Shown piece after piece: positions 1 to 9,736 of a DNA stretch of 64,000 nt. Both the position numbers and the translations under genes were made by a program. The notes under the pieces were generated by a model. That model saw nothing but the letters and a program-made list of their open reading frames with translations, did no database searches and was not told the DNA's origin. The stretch comes from Endomicrobiales bacterium. Lineage in GTDB: Bacteria; Elusimicrobiota; Endomicrobiia; Endomicrobiales; JALOBY01. The number at the start of each line of letters is the position of its first letter. The stretch's first letter is position 1. The stretch is taken from contig CAWCNJ010000004.1 in NCBI GenBank assembly GCA_963796955.1, positions 256,001-320,000 on the forward strand, written 5' to 3'.

Positions 1-1051
1 TTCCAAAAGGCTTGCCTTTATCACAGCCCTTGTGCTGGCTCTTTTTGTGGGAGTACTGAACGATTTCTCTCTGGAATATTTCATGGTGCATTTCTTCGGT
101 TCCATTGTGGGAATATTCGCGCTCGCGAAGATACGCAACCGCTCCGACATCGCTTCCGCCGGCTTGAAGGTGGCGGCGCTTAACGTGGTCGTTGTCATGA
201 TAATACATCTTTTCCGCATATGGCCGCTGCACACCCTGGAAGCGCATATCGGCTGGGCCGCGTTCAGCGGCTTTTCATCCGGCCTGATAGTGCTGGGCGC
301 GCTGCCGTATCTGGAAAGCTTCTTTTCCCGCACCACAAATATAAAATTGCTTGAACTGGCCGATTTTAACCACCCCCTGCTTAAGCGACTTATGATAGAA
401 ACGCCGGGAACGTATCATCATTCGCTGATCATGGCTTCCCTCGCCGAACAGGCGGCCGCGGCTATTGGCGCCAACCCGCTGCTGGCCCGCGTCGGCGCTT
501 ATTATCACGACGTCGGCAAACTGGTTAAACCCGATTATTTTATTGAGAACCAGCAGGCTCTGGGCAACCCGCACGATCCTCTCTCGCCGAACATGTCCAG
601 CCTTGTGGTTATGTCGCATGTCAAAGAGGGTGTGGCCCTTGCCCGTAAGTATAACGTGGATAAGGTGATCACCGATCTTATAGAACAGCATCACGGTACG
701 TCCCTGATCCATTATTTTTATCACCGGGCGCTGGAGAAAAATTCCGATACCAGCGAGGCGAGTTTCCGTTATCCCGGCCCGCGCCCGCGGAGCAGGGAAG
801 CTGCCATTTTGATGCTCGCTGATTCAGTGGAGGCGGCCAGCCGTTCTATAGAAGAGCCGACCCCCGAACGATACATGGATATGGTAAAGAAGATCATAAA
901 TAATAAATTTACCGACGGGCAATTTGCAGAATGCCCCATAACGCTTAATGATCTTAACCGGCTGGCGGAAAGTCTGGTCAATACGCTCAGCGGCGTTCAT
1001 CACGCGCGGGTGGAATATAAAGAAAGTCCTGCACGCGAGGAGAGATCCTGA
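1..1051 (+). CDS. 7TM-HDIG membrane HD phosphohydrolase (PgpH-like), 5' truncated by window edge
   Basis: TM helices then PGTYHHS, YYHDVGK, IEQHHGT, MLADSVEAA motifs; adjacent to ybeY. Confidence 0.88.
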   Translation, partial: SKRLAFITALVLALFVGVLNDFSLEYFMVHFFGSIVGIFALAKIRNRSDIASAGLKVAALNVVVVMIIHLFRIWPLHTLEAHIGWAAFSGFSSGLIVLGALPYLESFFSRTTNIKLLELADFNHPLLKRLMIETPGTYHHSLIMASLAEQAAAAIGANPLLARVGAYYHDVGKLVKPDYFIENQQALGNPHDPLSPNMSSLVVMSHVKEGVALARKYNVDKVITDLIEQHHGTSLIHYFYHRALEKNSDTSEASFRYPGPRPRSREAAILMLADSVEAASRSIEEPTPERYMDMVKKIINNKFTDGQFAECPITLNDLNRLAESLVNTLSGVHHARVEYKESPAREERS

Positions 1052-1461
1052 TGGTCGTTGAATTCCACCATTTTCCGCCCATAGTGCTTCCGGCCATGAC
1101 TCAGGCCGCGCAGGCAGCTCTCAAGCGGGAACGGGTAAAAAGTGTCGGCGATATAAATGTTATTATGGTCAACGACCCTGAGATAAAGAAATTGAATATC
1201 CGCTTTCGAAAAGTGCGGCGTATAACCGATATTATCTCCTTCAAATATGCCGATAAACCGTTGTCCGGCGATCTGTATATTTCCGCCGGCCGTTCACAAA
1301 AGCAGGCAAAGCGTGTCGGCAACACCTGGCAGCAGGAATTGTGCTATCTGGTGATCCATGGTGTGCTTCATCTGCGTGAATACACCGATTATACGCCGGC
1401 TGAAAAAGCTAAAATGTTCACGGTGCAGGATTCTATTTTCGCGTCATTGGAAATACGTTGA
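1051..1461 (+). CDS. ybeY: rRNA maturation endoribonuclease YbeY
   Basis: LNIRFRKVRRITDIISF, GDLYIS, HGVLHL motifs. Confidence 0.9.
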   Translation: MVVEFHHFPPIVLPAMTQAAQAALKRERVKSVGDINVIMVNDPEIKKLNIRFRKVRRITDIISFKYADKPLSGDLYISAGRSQKQAKRVGNTWQQELCYLVIHGVLHLREYTDYTPAEKAKMFTVQDSIFASLEIR

Positions 1462-2495
1462 TAACGATCGCCGTCTTCGTGCTTATATTTTTGTATTTCC
1501 TGTCTGCCTTCTGGGCATCATCAGAGACGGCATTGGCCTCGTTGTCCAAGTATCGCATCAAAAAAATAATCGCGCTTAACAAGGCGCTGGCTGACCCTCT
1601 CGGCGTCTGGCTGCGTTCCCCGTATTACCTGCTTATCACTATATTGGTCGGTAACACCATAACGGATCTTTTGATCTCCAATATTTCCAGCGTAGTCGTC
1701 TTGCGCGGCTTTGGTTTTCTTTTCCATCTCATACCGCGCGGGGCGGTGGAAATAATCACCTGGCTGGGGGTTACAGCCCTGATCATTGTATTCGGAGAAC
1801 TAACGCCAAAGATTTACGGCCGCCGCTATCCTGAGAGAGTAACGCTGTTCGTGCTGCCTATCCTGTCCCGGATCATCGCTATCGTGCAGCCATTCGCGCG
1901 GCCGGTGGTCGCGCTGCTTAAATTCATTTTTCCCCGGCTTGATGTGCGGCCTTTCAGCAGGTTAAGCTATTTATCATTGGAAGAGGTGCGCACCCTGATA
2001 GGGGAAGCCAACACCTCCGGCGAGCTGGGTGCGGAAACCAGCAGCATGCTTGAGCGCACCCTTAACCTGAGCGACCGCGAAGTTTCAAAGATAATGATAC
2101 CTCTTGAAAAAATGGATTCCGTGGATGCCGACCTGCCCGAGGAAAAACTTTTGGACCTGATTACGGAAATTGGCCGCAGCCGCGTGCCGCTGTACCGCGG
2201 CGATCGCCGGAACATTATCGGTTTTATTTACGCCAAAGACCTGCTGGGCGCCTGGCAGGAGCACAAGGGTATAAACGTAAATGAGTTCATCCGCCCGGTA
2301 TACAGTATCACTGCGGGTAAAAAGGTCTTTGATCTATTGAAAGAATTCCAGACCGGGAAGACGCATATAGCCTTTGTCGCGGATACGTCCGGGAAGGTGA
2401 CGGGCATTGTAACTCTGGAAGACGTCCTTGAGGCGATCCTGGGTGAGATCCTGGATGAATACGACCTTAAAAAACCTCAGGCGGCGAAAGCATGA
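1458..2495 (+). CDS. CNNM (DUF21)-CBS hemolysin/CorC-family membrane protein
   Basis: SETAL, GELTPK, SRVPLY, VTLEDVLEAILGEI motifs. Confidence 0.88.
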   Translation: MITIAVFVLIFLYFLSAFWASSETALASLSKYRIKKIIALNKALADPLGVWLRSPYYLLITILVGNTITDLLISNISSVVVLRGFGFLFHLIPRGAVEIITWLGVTALIIVFGELTPKIYGRRYPERVTLFVLPILSRIIAIVQPFARPVVALLKFIFPRLDVRPFSRLSYLSLEEVRTLIGEANTSGELGAETSSMLERTLNLSDREVSKIMIPLEKMDSVDADLPEEKLLDLITEIGRSRVPLYRGDRRNIIGFIYAKDLLGAWQEHKGINVNEFIRPVYSITAGKKVFDLLKEFQTGKTHIAFVADTSGKVTGIVTLEDVLEAILGEILDEYDLKKPQAAKA

Positions 2496-3757
2496 CACCT
2501 TTGATACATTTTAAATTAACTGCCTTTTGGTGCAGCATAGCGGCGATAGCCTTCTTTTCCGCCGCCGAGATATCCCTGACCAGCCTCAGCACGGTCAATC
2601 TGCGTAATCTTAAAAAACGTTATCCGCATTTTGCGGGGCTGGTGACTTTCTGGGAAGAGCACCCCAACGACCTGTTGGCCGCCATTCTTATCGGCACCAA
2701 TCTCGCGATGGTCGCCATAGGTGTTGTCGGCACTTCTATCGCGCTGGATATTTCTCAGCTACTGGGTGTTTCGCACGGTAAAGTGCTGGTTATTACATCT
2801 GCCTTAGCCATCATGATAACACTGATCGTCGGCGAAATGGTGCCAAAGGTGCTCAGTCGTTACTTTGCAGAATTTATTTCCATCGTGACCCTGCCGGCGC
2901 TGACGGTCTTCAGCCGCATAGTCGCGCCGTTCTCAAAGATGCTGATAAGTGCTTCAGAGCGTATTATTCACTTTCTCGGCGGCAGCAAGGTGGCAAAAGA
3001 AACCCCGTTCATCCAACAGGACGAACTGAAGGTTTTGCTGACCATGGACGATACCATACCGCTCTCCGGCACCGCCCGTCATATCCTCGGCAAAATGCTG
3101 GATTTCGGCACGACCAGGATCAGCCGCGTCATGGTGCCAAGGTCCGAGATACAGGCGGTGAACATTGAACAACCCCCGGAACTGGTGATAGCGCAAATAA
3201 TCGAAAAGGGCTATTCCCGCGTTCCTGTGTACAAAGGCAACCTGGACAATATCGTCGGCATTATTTTCAGCCGCGACCTTGCCCTGGCCCTGCGCGGCGG
3301 CTCACTGTTCTTAATAGACGATCTTATCCGCCCGGCGTATTTTGTACCCGAGACCGCGATGATAGACCACATCTTACGTGATTTCAAGGCCGGCCACTAC
3401 CACATGGCCCTGATCGTGGATGAATTCGGCGCGACGATCGGCCTTGCCACTATTGAAGACCTGGTTGAAGAAATAGTCGGCGAAATATGGGATGAATACG
3501 ACATCCAGGCTAAAACCATATTTCCTCTGCCGGACGGTTCATGGATGGTAAAAGCCACCGAGTCCCTGGTTAAAGTAGATCAAGAACTGAAACTTAACCT
3601 GCCGCCCAACGATTTTAACACCGTCAATGGCTGGGTACTGGATCTTTTCGGCCGCATCCCGAAAATAGGCGAGAAGACCTCCTGTAACTCAACAGAAGTA
3701 GAAGTAGTCGAAGCCGATAAACGCAAAGTCATCAGGGTAAAAATCAAGAAAACCTGA
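2492..3757 (+). CDS. CNNM-CBS-CorC_HlyC family membrane protein (paralog of upstream gene)
   Basis: GEMVPK, YSRVPVY, VDEFG, TIEDLVEEIVGEI, C-terminal CorC_HlyC domain. Confidence 0.9.
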   Translation: MTPLIHFKLTAFWCSIAAIAFFSAAEISLTSLSTVNLRNLKKRYPHFAGLVTFWEEHPNDLLAAILIGTNLAMVAIGVVGTSIALDISQLLGVSHGKVLVITSALAIMITLIVGEMVPKVLSRYFAEFISIVTLPALTVFSRIVAPFSKMLISASERIIHFLGGSKVAKETPFIQQDELKVLLTMDDTIPLSGTARHILGKMLDFGTTRISRVMVPRSEIQAVNIEQPPELVIAQIIEKGYSRVPVYKGNLDNIVGIIFSRDLALALRGGSLFLIDDLIRPAYFVPETAMIDHILRDFKAGHYHMALIVDEFGATIGLATIEDLVEEIVGEIWDEYDIQAKTIFPLPDGSWMVKATESLVKVDQELKLNLPPNDFNTVNGWVLDLFGRIPKIGEKTSCNSTEVEVVEADKRKVIRVKIKKT

Positions 3758-3800
3758 AGTGCCATTTTGGCACATCAAGTGTGATACAAAAGAGTTATTT

Positions 3801-4487
3801 ATGTACTACAATATTAACGCTCTTGTTTTGAACGCAAAAGTTGCCGCGGAGGCGGATAAGGCGCTTTTGCTTTATACGCGGGAGTGGGGAAAAATATCAG
3901 TTGTTGCGCCGGGCGCCAAGAAAATAATTGCTAAGATGGGCGGGGCGACGGAGCCGGTAATGGAATCTCAGTTCATGGTTTATACAAAAAGCACTGCGGC
4001 GCGGCCCAAGCTTACCGGCGCCCGGATAGTTAACGGTTTTCTGGAGTTGCGCGGGAGCTGGAAGCGCATGGCCGCAGCTATGTGCTGCGCCGAGGTCGTG
4101 GACGTTTTGTCGCCGTATAACGCCGATAACGAACAGAAATATGACCTGCTGGCCCGCACCTGGCAGCTTTTAGGAACGGCAGAAAACCCGGCCCGCATAT
4201 TCGCGGCTTTTGCTCTTCGTTTCCTGAAGCTTTCGGGATATAGTTTTGTCGAATTCATCAAACAGGAAAATGTAGGCTTAAGCGTTAAAGAGTCGGGAGC
4301 TATATACCACTGCGCTACGCAACGCGGTGAAGATATTGATTCCTGTGAGGAATTCGACAGCCATATTGAACGCCGTATGCTGATGCATATATCGAACTAT
4401 ATCTGCACGCACAGCAACAGGCAGTTAAATTCCAAATCTTTTCTGCGTGCGATGTTGGACGATACGGAACCGGCGTATAGTTTATAG
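3801..4487 (+). CDS. recO: DNA repair protein RecO
   Basis: EADKALLLYTREWGKI N-terminal OB motif; upstream of glyQS; ATG at 3801 preferred. Confidence 0.85.
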   Translation: MYYNINALVLNAKVAAEADKALLLYTREWGKISVVAPGAKKIIAKMGGATEPVMESQFMVYTKSTAARPKLTGARIVNGFLELRGSWKRMAAAMCCAEVVDVLSPYNADNEQKYDLLARTWQLLGTAENPARIFAAFALRFLKLSGYSFVEFIKQENVGLSVKESGAIYHCATQRGEDIDSCEEFDSHIERRMLMHISNYICTHSNRQLNSKSFLRAMLDDTEPAYSL

Positions 4488-4550
4488 TGCCGCTATAGTT
4501 ACAATCCCGCTTAGCGGGATTTCACGGTGAGACAATAACAAAGACAAGGG

Positions 4551-5417
4551 GTGTTCAACATGAATTTTCAAGACATTATCATGACTCTGGAGAAATTCTG
4601 GGCAAGGCAGGGGTGCCTTATCTGGCAGCCGTATGACCTGGAAAAAGGCGCAGGCACTTTTAACCCGGCCACATTTCTGCGGGCGCTTGGGCCGGATCCA
4701 TGGTCTGCAGCTTATGTTGAACCTTCCCGTCGGCCGACGGATGGGCGCTATGGGGAGAATCCGAACAGGTTGCAGCATTATTACCAGTATCAGGTAATTA
4801 TGAAACCGGCCCCTTCCGATATACAGGCGTTATATCTGCAAAGCCTTAAGGCTATCGGCCTTGATCCGAAACGTCACGACATCCGTTTTGTAGAAGACGA
4901 TTGGGAATCGCCGACGCTGGGAGCCTGGGGCCTTGGCTGGGAAGTATGGCTGGACGGCATGGAAGTGTCGCAGTTCACGTATTTTCAGCAGGTGGGCGGT
5001 ATAGACCTGAACCCGATATCTGTCGAGATCACGTACGGTCTTGAACGTCTTACGATGTATTCGCAAAAGAAAGACAATGTGTATGACATCGCCTGGAACC
5101 CTGAAACTTCCTATGGTAAAGTTCACCTTGAAGATGAAAAACAGTGGTCAAAATATAATTTTGAGATCGCGGACGTTGAAATGCTGAAACGTCATTTTGC
5201 CGACTGGGAAAGAGAGGCGAACCGCTTGCTTGAGGCAAAACTTGTTTTGCCGGCTTACGACGCGGTAATGAAGTGCTCCCACCTGTTCAATATGCTTGAT
5301 GCGCGCGGTGCCATCTCTGTGACCGAGCGTACGCATTACATCGCGAAGGTACGCGGCGTGGCAAGAAAAGTAGCTGAACAATATGTGTCTACCATTGCTT
5401 CCCCAGAGGTGAAATAA
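4551..5417 (+). CDS. glyQ: glycine-tRNA ligase alpha subunit
   Basis: [39 protein letters not shown]. Confidence 0.98.
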   Translation: MFNMNFQDIIMTLEKFWARQGCLIWQPYDLEKGAGTFNPATFLRALGPDPWSAAYVEPSRRPTDGRYGENPNRLQHYYQYQVIMKPAPSDIQALYLQSLKAIGLDPKRHDIRFVEDDWESPTLGAWGLGWEVWLDGMEVSQFTYFQQVGGIDLNPISVEITYGLERLTMYSQKKDNVYDIAWNPETSYGKVHLEDEKQWSKYNFEIADVEMLKRHFADWEREANRLLEAKLVLPAYDAVMKCSHLFNMLDARGAISVTERTHYIAKVRGVARKVAEQYVSTIASPEVK

Positions 5418-5418
5418 T

Positions 5419-7512
5419 ATGGCAAAACACGCGTTGCTGGAAATAGGAACGGAAGAATTACCCGCCGCATATATTGAGCCTGCGCTTAAACAGTTAAGCG
5501 AGCTGACACAGAAAAACCTGGCTTCCATCGGTCTTAAGTACGAAGGCATAAAGACCTACGCGACTCCCCGCCGCATAGCTTTGCTGATAGAAGGTCTTAC
5601 GGAAAAGAGTGAAGACCGCAGGGAAGAATGCAACGGTCCCGCGGTGCGCGTCGGTAAAGACGCCCAGGGCAATTTTACCCAGGCGGCCATCGGTTTTGCT
5701 TCGCGTTTCGGCATTGAACCGAAGGCTCTTGAAGTTAAAGTTACCGACAAGGGTGAATATTTTTGCTACACGAAAAAGATCCCCGGGGAAAAAGCTGAAA
5801 AAGTCCTGATAACGCTTTTCCCTCAACTGATAACACAGCTTTATTTCCCCAAGACCATGAAGTGGGAACCGTCTGATTTTCGCTTCCCGCGGCCTATACG
5901 CACTATCATTGCCATGTTCGGCGAAAAGGTGCTTAAGTTCACATTGGCCGGTGTTAAATCCGCCAATTGGACAACGGGTCTGCATACTATCTCATCGAAA
6001 AAGATAGTCATAAAGTCGCCCGAAAAATATGTAACCACGCTGCGCAATAATTGCATTATCGCCGATGCCGCGGAACGCCGCGAGATCATCAAAAAGATAG
6101 TCGAACAGGCGGCTAAACGCGCTAAAGGTACGGTCATACCCGATGAGGATTTAATTGACGAAGTGAACTATCTTGTTGAACATCCCGTAGCCGTTCTTGC
6201 GGAATTTGACGAGAAATTCCTCAAGCTGCCGCCGGAAGTGCTTATTACCTGTTTGAGGAAAAAGCAGAAGTGTTTCGCTATCAACGACGAAAAAGGCACG
6301 CTGACTAATCATTTTATCGGCATACGTAACGGTATGTCGGAACATCAGGATGTGGTGCGCGAAGGTTATGAACGTGTTAACACGGCACGCCTTGCCGACT
6401 CCGAGTTCTTCTACCTTAACGACCGTAAAACACCTCTGAGCGACAAAGCTGAGAAGCTTAAAGGCGTGGTTTTTCAGCAGAAACTTGGCTCTATCCATGA
6501 TAAGATCACTCGTATCCGCACGATCGCTGAGCAGGTGAATAGCACGCTCAAGGGAACTGAAGATGCCGCTGAGACCGCACATCTGGGTAAGACGATAACA
6601 ATATCCAAGGCCGATCTTGTAACTGAAATGGTTTTTGAATACGCGGAATTACAGGGCGTGATGGGCCGCATTTACGCCAAAGCCGGCGGGGAACCCGCCG
6701 AAGTCTATAAAAGCGTTGAAGAGCATTACTGGCCGCTTACAGCGGACGGGAAGCTTCCTACAACCGCTACCGCTATAGTGATCTCTATAGCCGACAAAAT
6801 GGACACGTTGGCTGGCGATTTCGCGGCCGGCCTTTTGCCAAGCGGCTCCGCCGACCCATACGGGCTGCGCCGCGCCGCGGTAGGCGTAATAAGGATAATA
6901 AGGGAGTGCAAACTACCCCTTGCGCTGTCAAAGCTCGTGGAAACAGCCTTCGCCGTTCAGCCTGAGAACGTAAAGAGCAACACCGCCGCCCCTGGTCAAC
7001 TAAATGACTTTTTCCGTCAACGTCTTGAGAACATTTATCAGACGGAAGGCTACCGTTTCGACGAGGTTCGCGCCGTGCTTGCCAACGGCTTTGAGAGCCT
7101 TGCCGATGTTACCGCTAAACTGGAAGCCCTGAAAGCGATGCGTTCATTAGAAGACTTCACGAAGCTCGCCGCCGCATTCAAGCGGGCCTCGAATATAATC
7201 AAACAGTCAGAAAAATCTAAATGCGTTATTCCGGCAATTGTTGACGAACAACTTTTTGCTGAAGAAGCGGAGAAGAACTTATTTACAGATGTGAAAAAGA
7301 TAGAAGACGAGGTCAAAACAATGCTCGGCAAAGCCGCTTACGCCGATGCATTACGAAAAATGGTGCAAATAAAACCATCCGTAGACGGTTTTTTCGAGAA
7401 AGTAATGGTAATGGCAGAAGACGAAAAAATTAAAGCCAACCGTCTGGCATTGATAAGCTATCTGATAGGCGTTTTTAAGTCGATGTTAGACTTTTCTCAA
7501 CTACAGGGATAA
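5419..7512 (+). CDS. glyS: glycine-tRNA ligase beta subunit
   Basis: LLEIGTEELP, TPRR, ELQGVMG, GSADPYGLRR. Confidence 0.97.
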   Translation: MAKHALLEIGTEELPAAYIEPALKQLSELTQKNLASIGLKYEGIKTYATPRRIALLIEGLTEKSEDRREECNGPAVRVGKDAQGNFTQAAIGFASRFGIEPKALEVKVTDKGEYFCYTKKIPGEKAEKVLITLFPQLITQLYFPKTMKWEPSDFRFPRPIRTIIAMFGEKVLKFTLAGVKSANWTTGLHTISSKKIVIKSPEKYVTTLRNNCIIADAAERREIIKKIVEQAAKRAKGTVIPDEDLIDEVNYLVEHPVAVLAEFDEKFLKLPPEVLITCLRKKQKCFAINDEKGTLTNHFIGIRNGMSEHQDVVREGYERVNTARLADSEFFYLNDRKTPLSDKAEKLKGVVFQQKLGSIHDKITRIRTIAEQVNSTLKGTEDAAETAHLGKTITISKADLVTEMVFEYAELQGVMGRIYAKAGGEPAEVYKSVEEHYWPLTADGKLPTTATAIVISIADKMDTLAGDFAAGLLPSGSADPYGLRRAAVGVIRIIRECKLPLALSKLVETAFAVQPENVKSNTAAPGQLNDFFRQRLENIYQTEGYRFDEVRAVLANGFESLADVTAKLEALKAMRSLEDFTKLAAAFKRASNIIKQSEKSKCVIPAIVDEQLFAEEAEKNLFTDVKKIEDEVKTMLGKAAYADALRKMVQIKPSVDGFFEKVMVMAEDEKIKANRLALISYLIGVFKSMLDFSQLQG

Positions 7513-7532
7513 ACAAAATAAAGGAGTTTGTA

Positions 7533-8522
7533 ATGAAATTCAGTGGCGATGAAGGCAAAAGAATTGATAAGTGGGTTGGTTTCAGACCGGAGATAAAAAT
7601 ACTTGATTGTACTGTACGCGATGGCGGCCTGATAAACGATTGCAAGTGGGACAATGCTTTTGTTAAGGCTATATATGCCACCTGCCTTGCCTCGGGCGTT
7701 AATTATATGGAGATGGGCTACAAGGGCTCAAAAAAGATCCTTTCCCCGACCGCATATGGCAAATGGAAATTCTGCGAAGAAGATGATCTTCGCCGCATAA
7801 TCGGTGAGAAAACCACCGACCTGAAAATATCTGTTATGGCCGATGTGGGGCGTACCGATTACCATACCGATATAATCCCGAAAAAAGACAGCGTGATAGA
7901 TACTATCCGCGTTGCCGCCTACATTCACCAGATACCGGCTGCCATAGACATGATAAATGACGCCCACCAGAAGGGATATGAAACAATAATGCAGTTGATG
8001 TCTGTTTCAGTTGTGCAGGAGCATGAGCTGGACGCCTTTTTGATGGAAATTGCCAAGACCCCGGTCAGCGCCGTATACCTCGTCGACAGCTTCGGTTCCC
8101 TGTATACAGAACAAGTGCGCTACCTTATAACAAAATACCTTAGCGCCCTTAAGGAATCAGGCAAAGAAGTCGGCATACACGCTCACAATAATCAGCAGCT
8201 GGCTTACGCTAACACTATTGAGGCGGTAGTTGCAGGAGCCAACCGCCTGGACGCCACGATATCGGGCCTTGGCCGTGGCGCTGGCAATTGCCCGTTGGAA
8301 CTTATAATCGGTTTCCTTCATAACCCGCGCTTTAACCTTCGTCCGGTACTTGAATGCATAGAAGAAATCATGCTGCCTATGAAAGATAAGCTCGATTGGG
8401 GTTTCTCCATTCCCTACATGATAACGGGCCTGCTGAATATGCACCCCCGTACCGCCATGGACCTTCGGGCCGGGCCTGACAAAGACAAATATGTCAAATT
8501 CTACGACAGGACTATCGAATAA
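7533..8522 (+). CDS. DRE-TIM metallolyase (4-hydroxy-2-oxovalerate aldolase-like)
   Basis: LDCTVRDGG, VDSFGS, GIHAHNNQQLA, GLGRGAGN. Confidence 0.82.
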   Translation: MKFSGDEGKRIDKWVGFRPEIKILDCTVRDGGLINDCKWDNAFVKAIYATCLASGVNYMEMGYKGSKKILSPTAYGKWKFCEEDDLRRIIGEKTTDLKISVMADVGRTDYHTDIIPKKDSVIDTIRVAAYIHQIPAAIDMINDAHQKGYETIMQLMSVSVVQEHELDAFLMEIAKTPVSAVYLVDSFGSLYTEQVRYLITKYLSALKESGKEVGIHAHNNQQLAYANTIEAVVAGANRLDATISGLGRGAGNCPLELIIGFLHNPRFNLRPVLECIEEIMLPMKDKLDWGFSIPYMITGLLNMHPRTAMDLRAGPDKDKYVKFYDRTIE

Positions 8523-8538
8523 CAGGAAATATTTTCCA

Positions 8539-9141
8539 ATGACCAGAATTCTGGCAGTGATCACGGCATTGTGCATGTCGTTGTCATTTTCAGGGTGCGC
8601 TACCATGCTTTATATGAAAGGCAAGCCCACTGACTGGAAACTGGAAACTTGGGTAGAAACGGTTCCTTTAAAGTCCGGTACTCAGTATCTTAAAGCAAAC
8701 CTTATTACTACCCGGTCAGACAGGTATGTGTATGCCGCTAATGATATTGCCTTTATCGGAGCCTTGTTCATGGAATTTACACCGCTGGGCTTTGCCGCCC
8801 CTTTGTTTGGCTATCCGGATATCATCGATCAGGACATTGTCGGCGAACTGGCCGTAAAAATATCACGGCCTATTAACAGGGTCGAGGTGAGCGGTGGAAC
8901 ACAAAGGAGCGATTCGATATCCTTTGATTTTCCTACTAACGGCATTTCCAGCGGCGTGCACAGGGTTCGTATGAGCCTTGCCCAGGGGAAATCGACGGTG
9001 GTGGTGCCTGCCCAGGTTGATTTTAATGTTTTCTATGATAAAAAGAATTGTTCCTGCGAAGCCAACCCTCCGGTCGTTTCAGATGACGGTATGATACCCG
9101 TAAAAGTTGAAGTTCTGAATTCACAAGAATTTCACAAATAA
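8539..9141 (+). CDS. hypothetical lipoprotein
   Basis: MTRILAVITALCMSLSFSGC lipobox when started at ATG 8539. Confidence 0.65.
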   Translation: MTRILAVITALCMSLSFSGCATMLYMKGKPTDWKLETWVETVPLKSGTQYLKANLITTRSDRYVYAANDIAFIGALFMEFTPLGFAAPLFGYPDIIDQDIVGELAVKISRPINRVEVSGGTQRSDSISFDFPTNGISSGVHRVRMSLAQGKSTVVVPAQVDFNVFYDKKNCSCEANPPVVSDDGMIPVKVEVLNSQEFHK

Positions 9142-9238
9142 TCATTGAATATCACACAACTATCTACTAATATATAGTGACAACCGACACTTACCCCCTG
9201 TAACTGCGATAACCCTGTTCATAAGGATCTGGCTGAAA

Positions 9239-9736
9239 ATGAAAAAGAGTATCATTTTCATTGTTCTCACATGTTTTTTTATGTCACAGTTACCTGTCTT
9301 TGCGCAACAGGCGGGTACGGTTTTTAAGCGCTCGTCCACGCTTTCTGCCCTATTCGATCCATTCTGTCTTGTAAATAATGCCTCGCAGGATGATGTTCCC
9401 TTAACCTCGCAATACCGTGTTCCTCCAAAATCCGGTCATGATCCGGTTGAAAATACCGCTCTGATCCAGGAATTCAGCTCGCTCGTTCGCATGACTTCTC
9501 AGGTAGGATCTGCTTATAATAGTTCGAAGTTTTGTCTATGGAATTTGTTCGCGCTTTCGGATCCATCACCCCCGAATACTCCATGGAGTGTAGATAATGG
9601 GGGATTATGTCTTATACTGCTAGCCTACATAGTGCTCCTTCACCGGAGTAATTTGCCCTGGCGTATCATGAACGCTCAGGCCTCAGTTAGTTATGTCCCG
9701 ACCCTACGACTTACTCAGGGCCGGGTTTTTTTATGA
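9239..9736 (+). CDS. small exported/membrane leader protein upstream of the giant gene
   Basis: Sec signal (MKKSIIFIVL...VFA), late hydrophobic segment GGLCLILLAYIVLL, ATGA overlap with giant gene. Confidence 0.7.
   Translation: MKKSIIFIVLTCFFMSQLPVFAQQAGTVFKRSSTLSALFDPFCLVNNASQDDVPLTSQYRVPPKSGHDPVENTALIQEFSSLVRMTSQVGSAYNSSKFCLWNLFALSDPSPPNTPWSVDNGGLCLILLAYIVLLHRSNLPWRIMNAQASVSYVPTLRLTQGRVFL
9697..9732 (+). terminator. intrinsic-terminator-like hairpin abutting the giant gene ATG
   Basis: cccgaccct/agggccggg stem (8 of 9 pairs), 11-nt loop, then T7 ending at 9732. Confidence 0.55.

Noticed and set aside
4488..4550. T-box leader for glyQS
   Set aside because: Intergenic region is too short and has no T-box consensus
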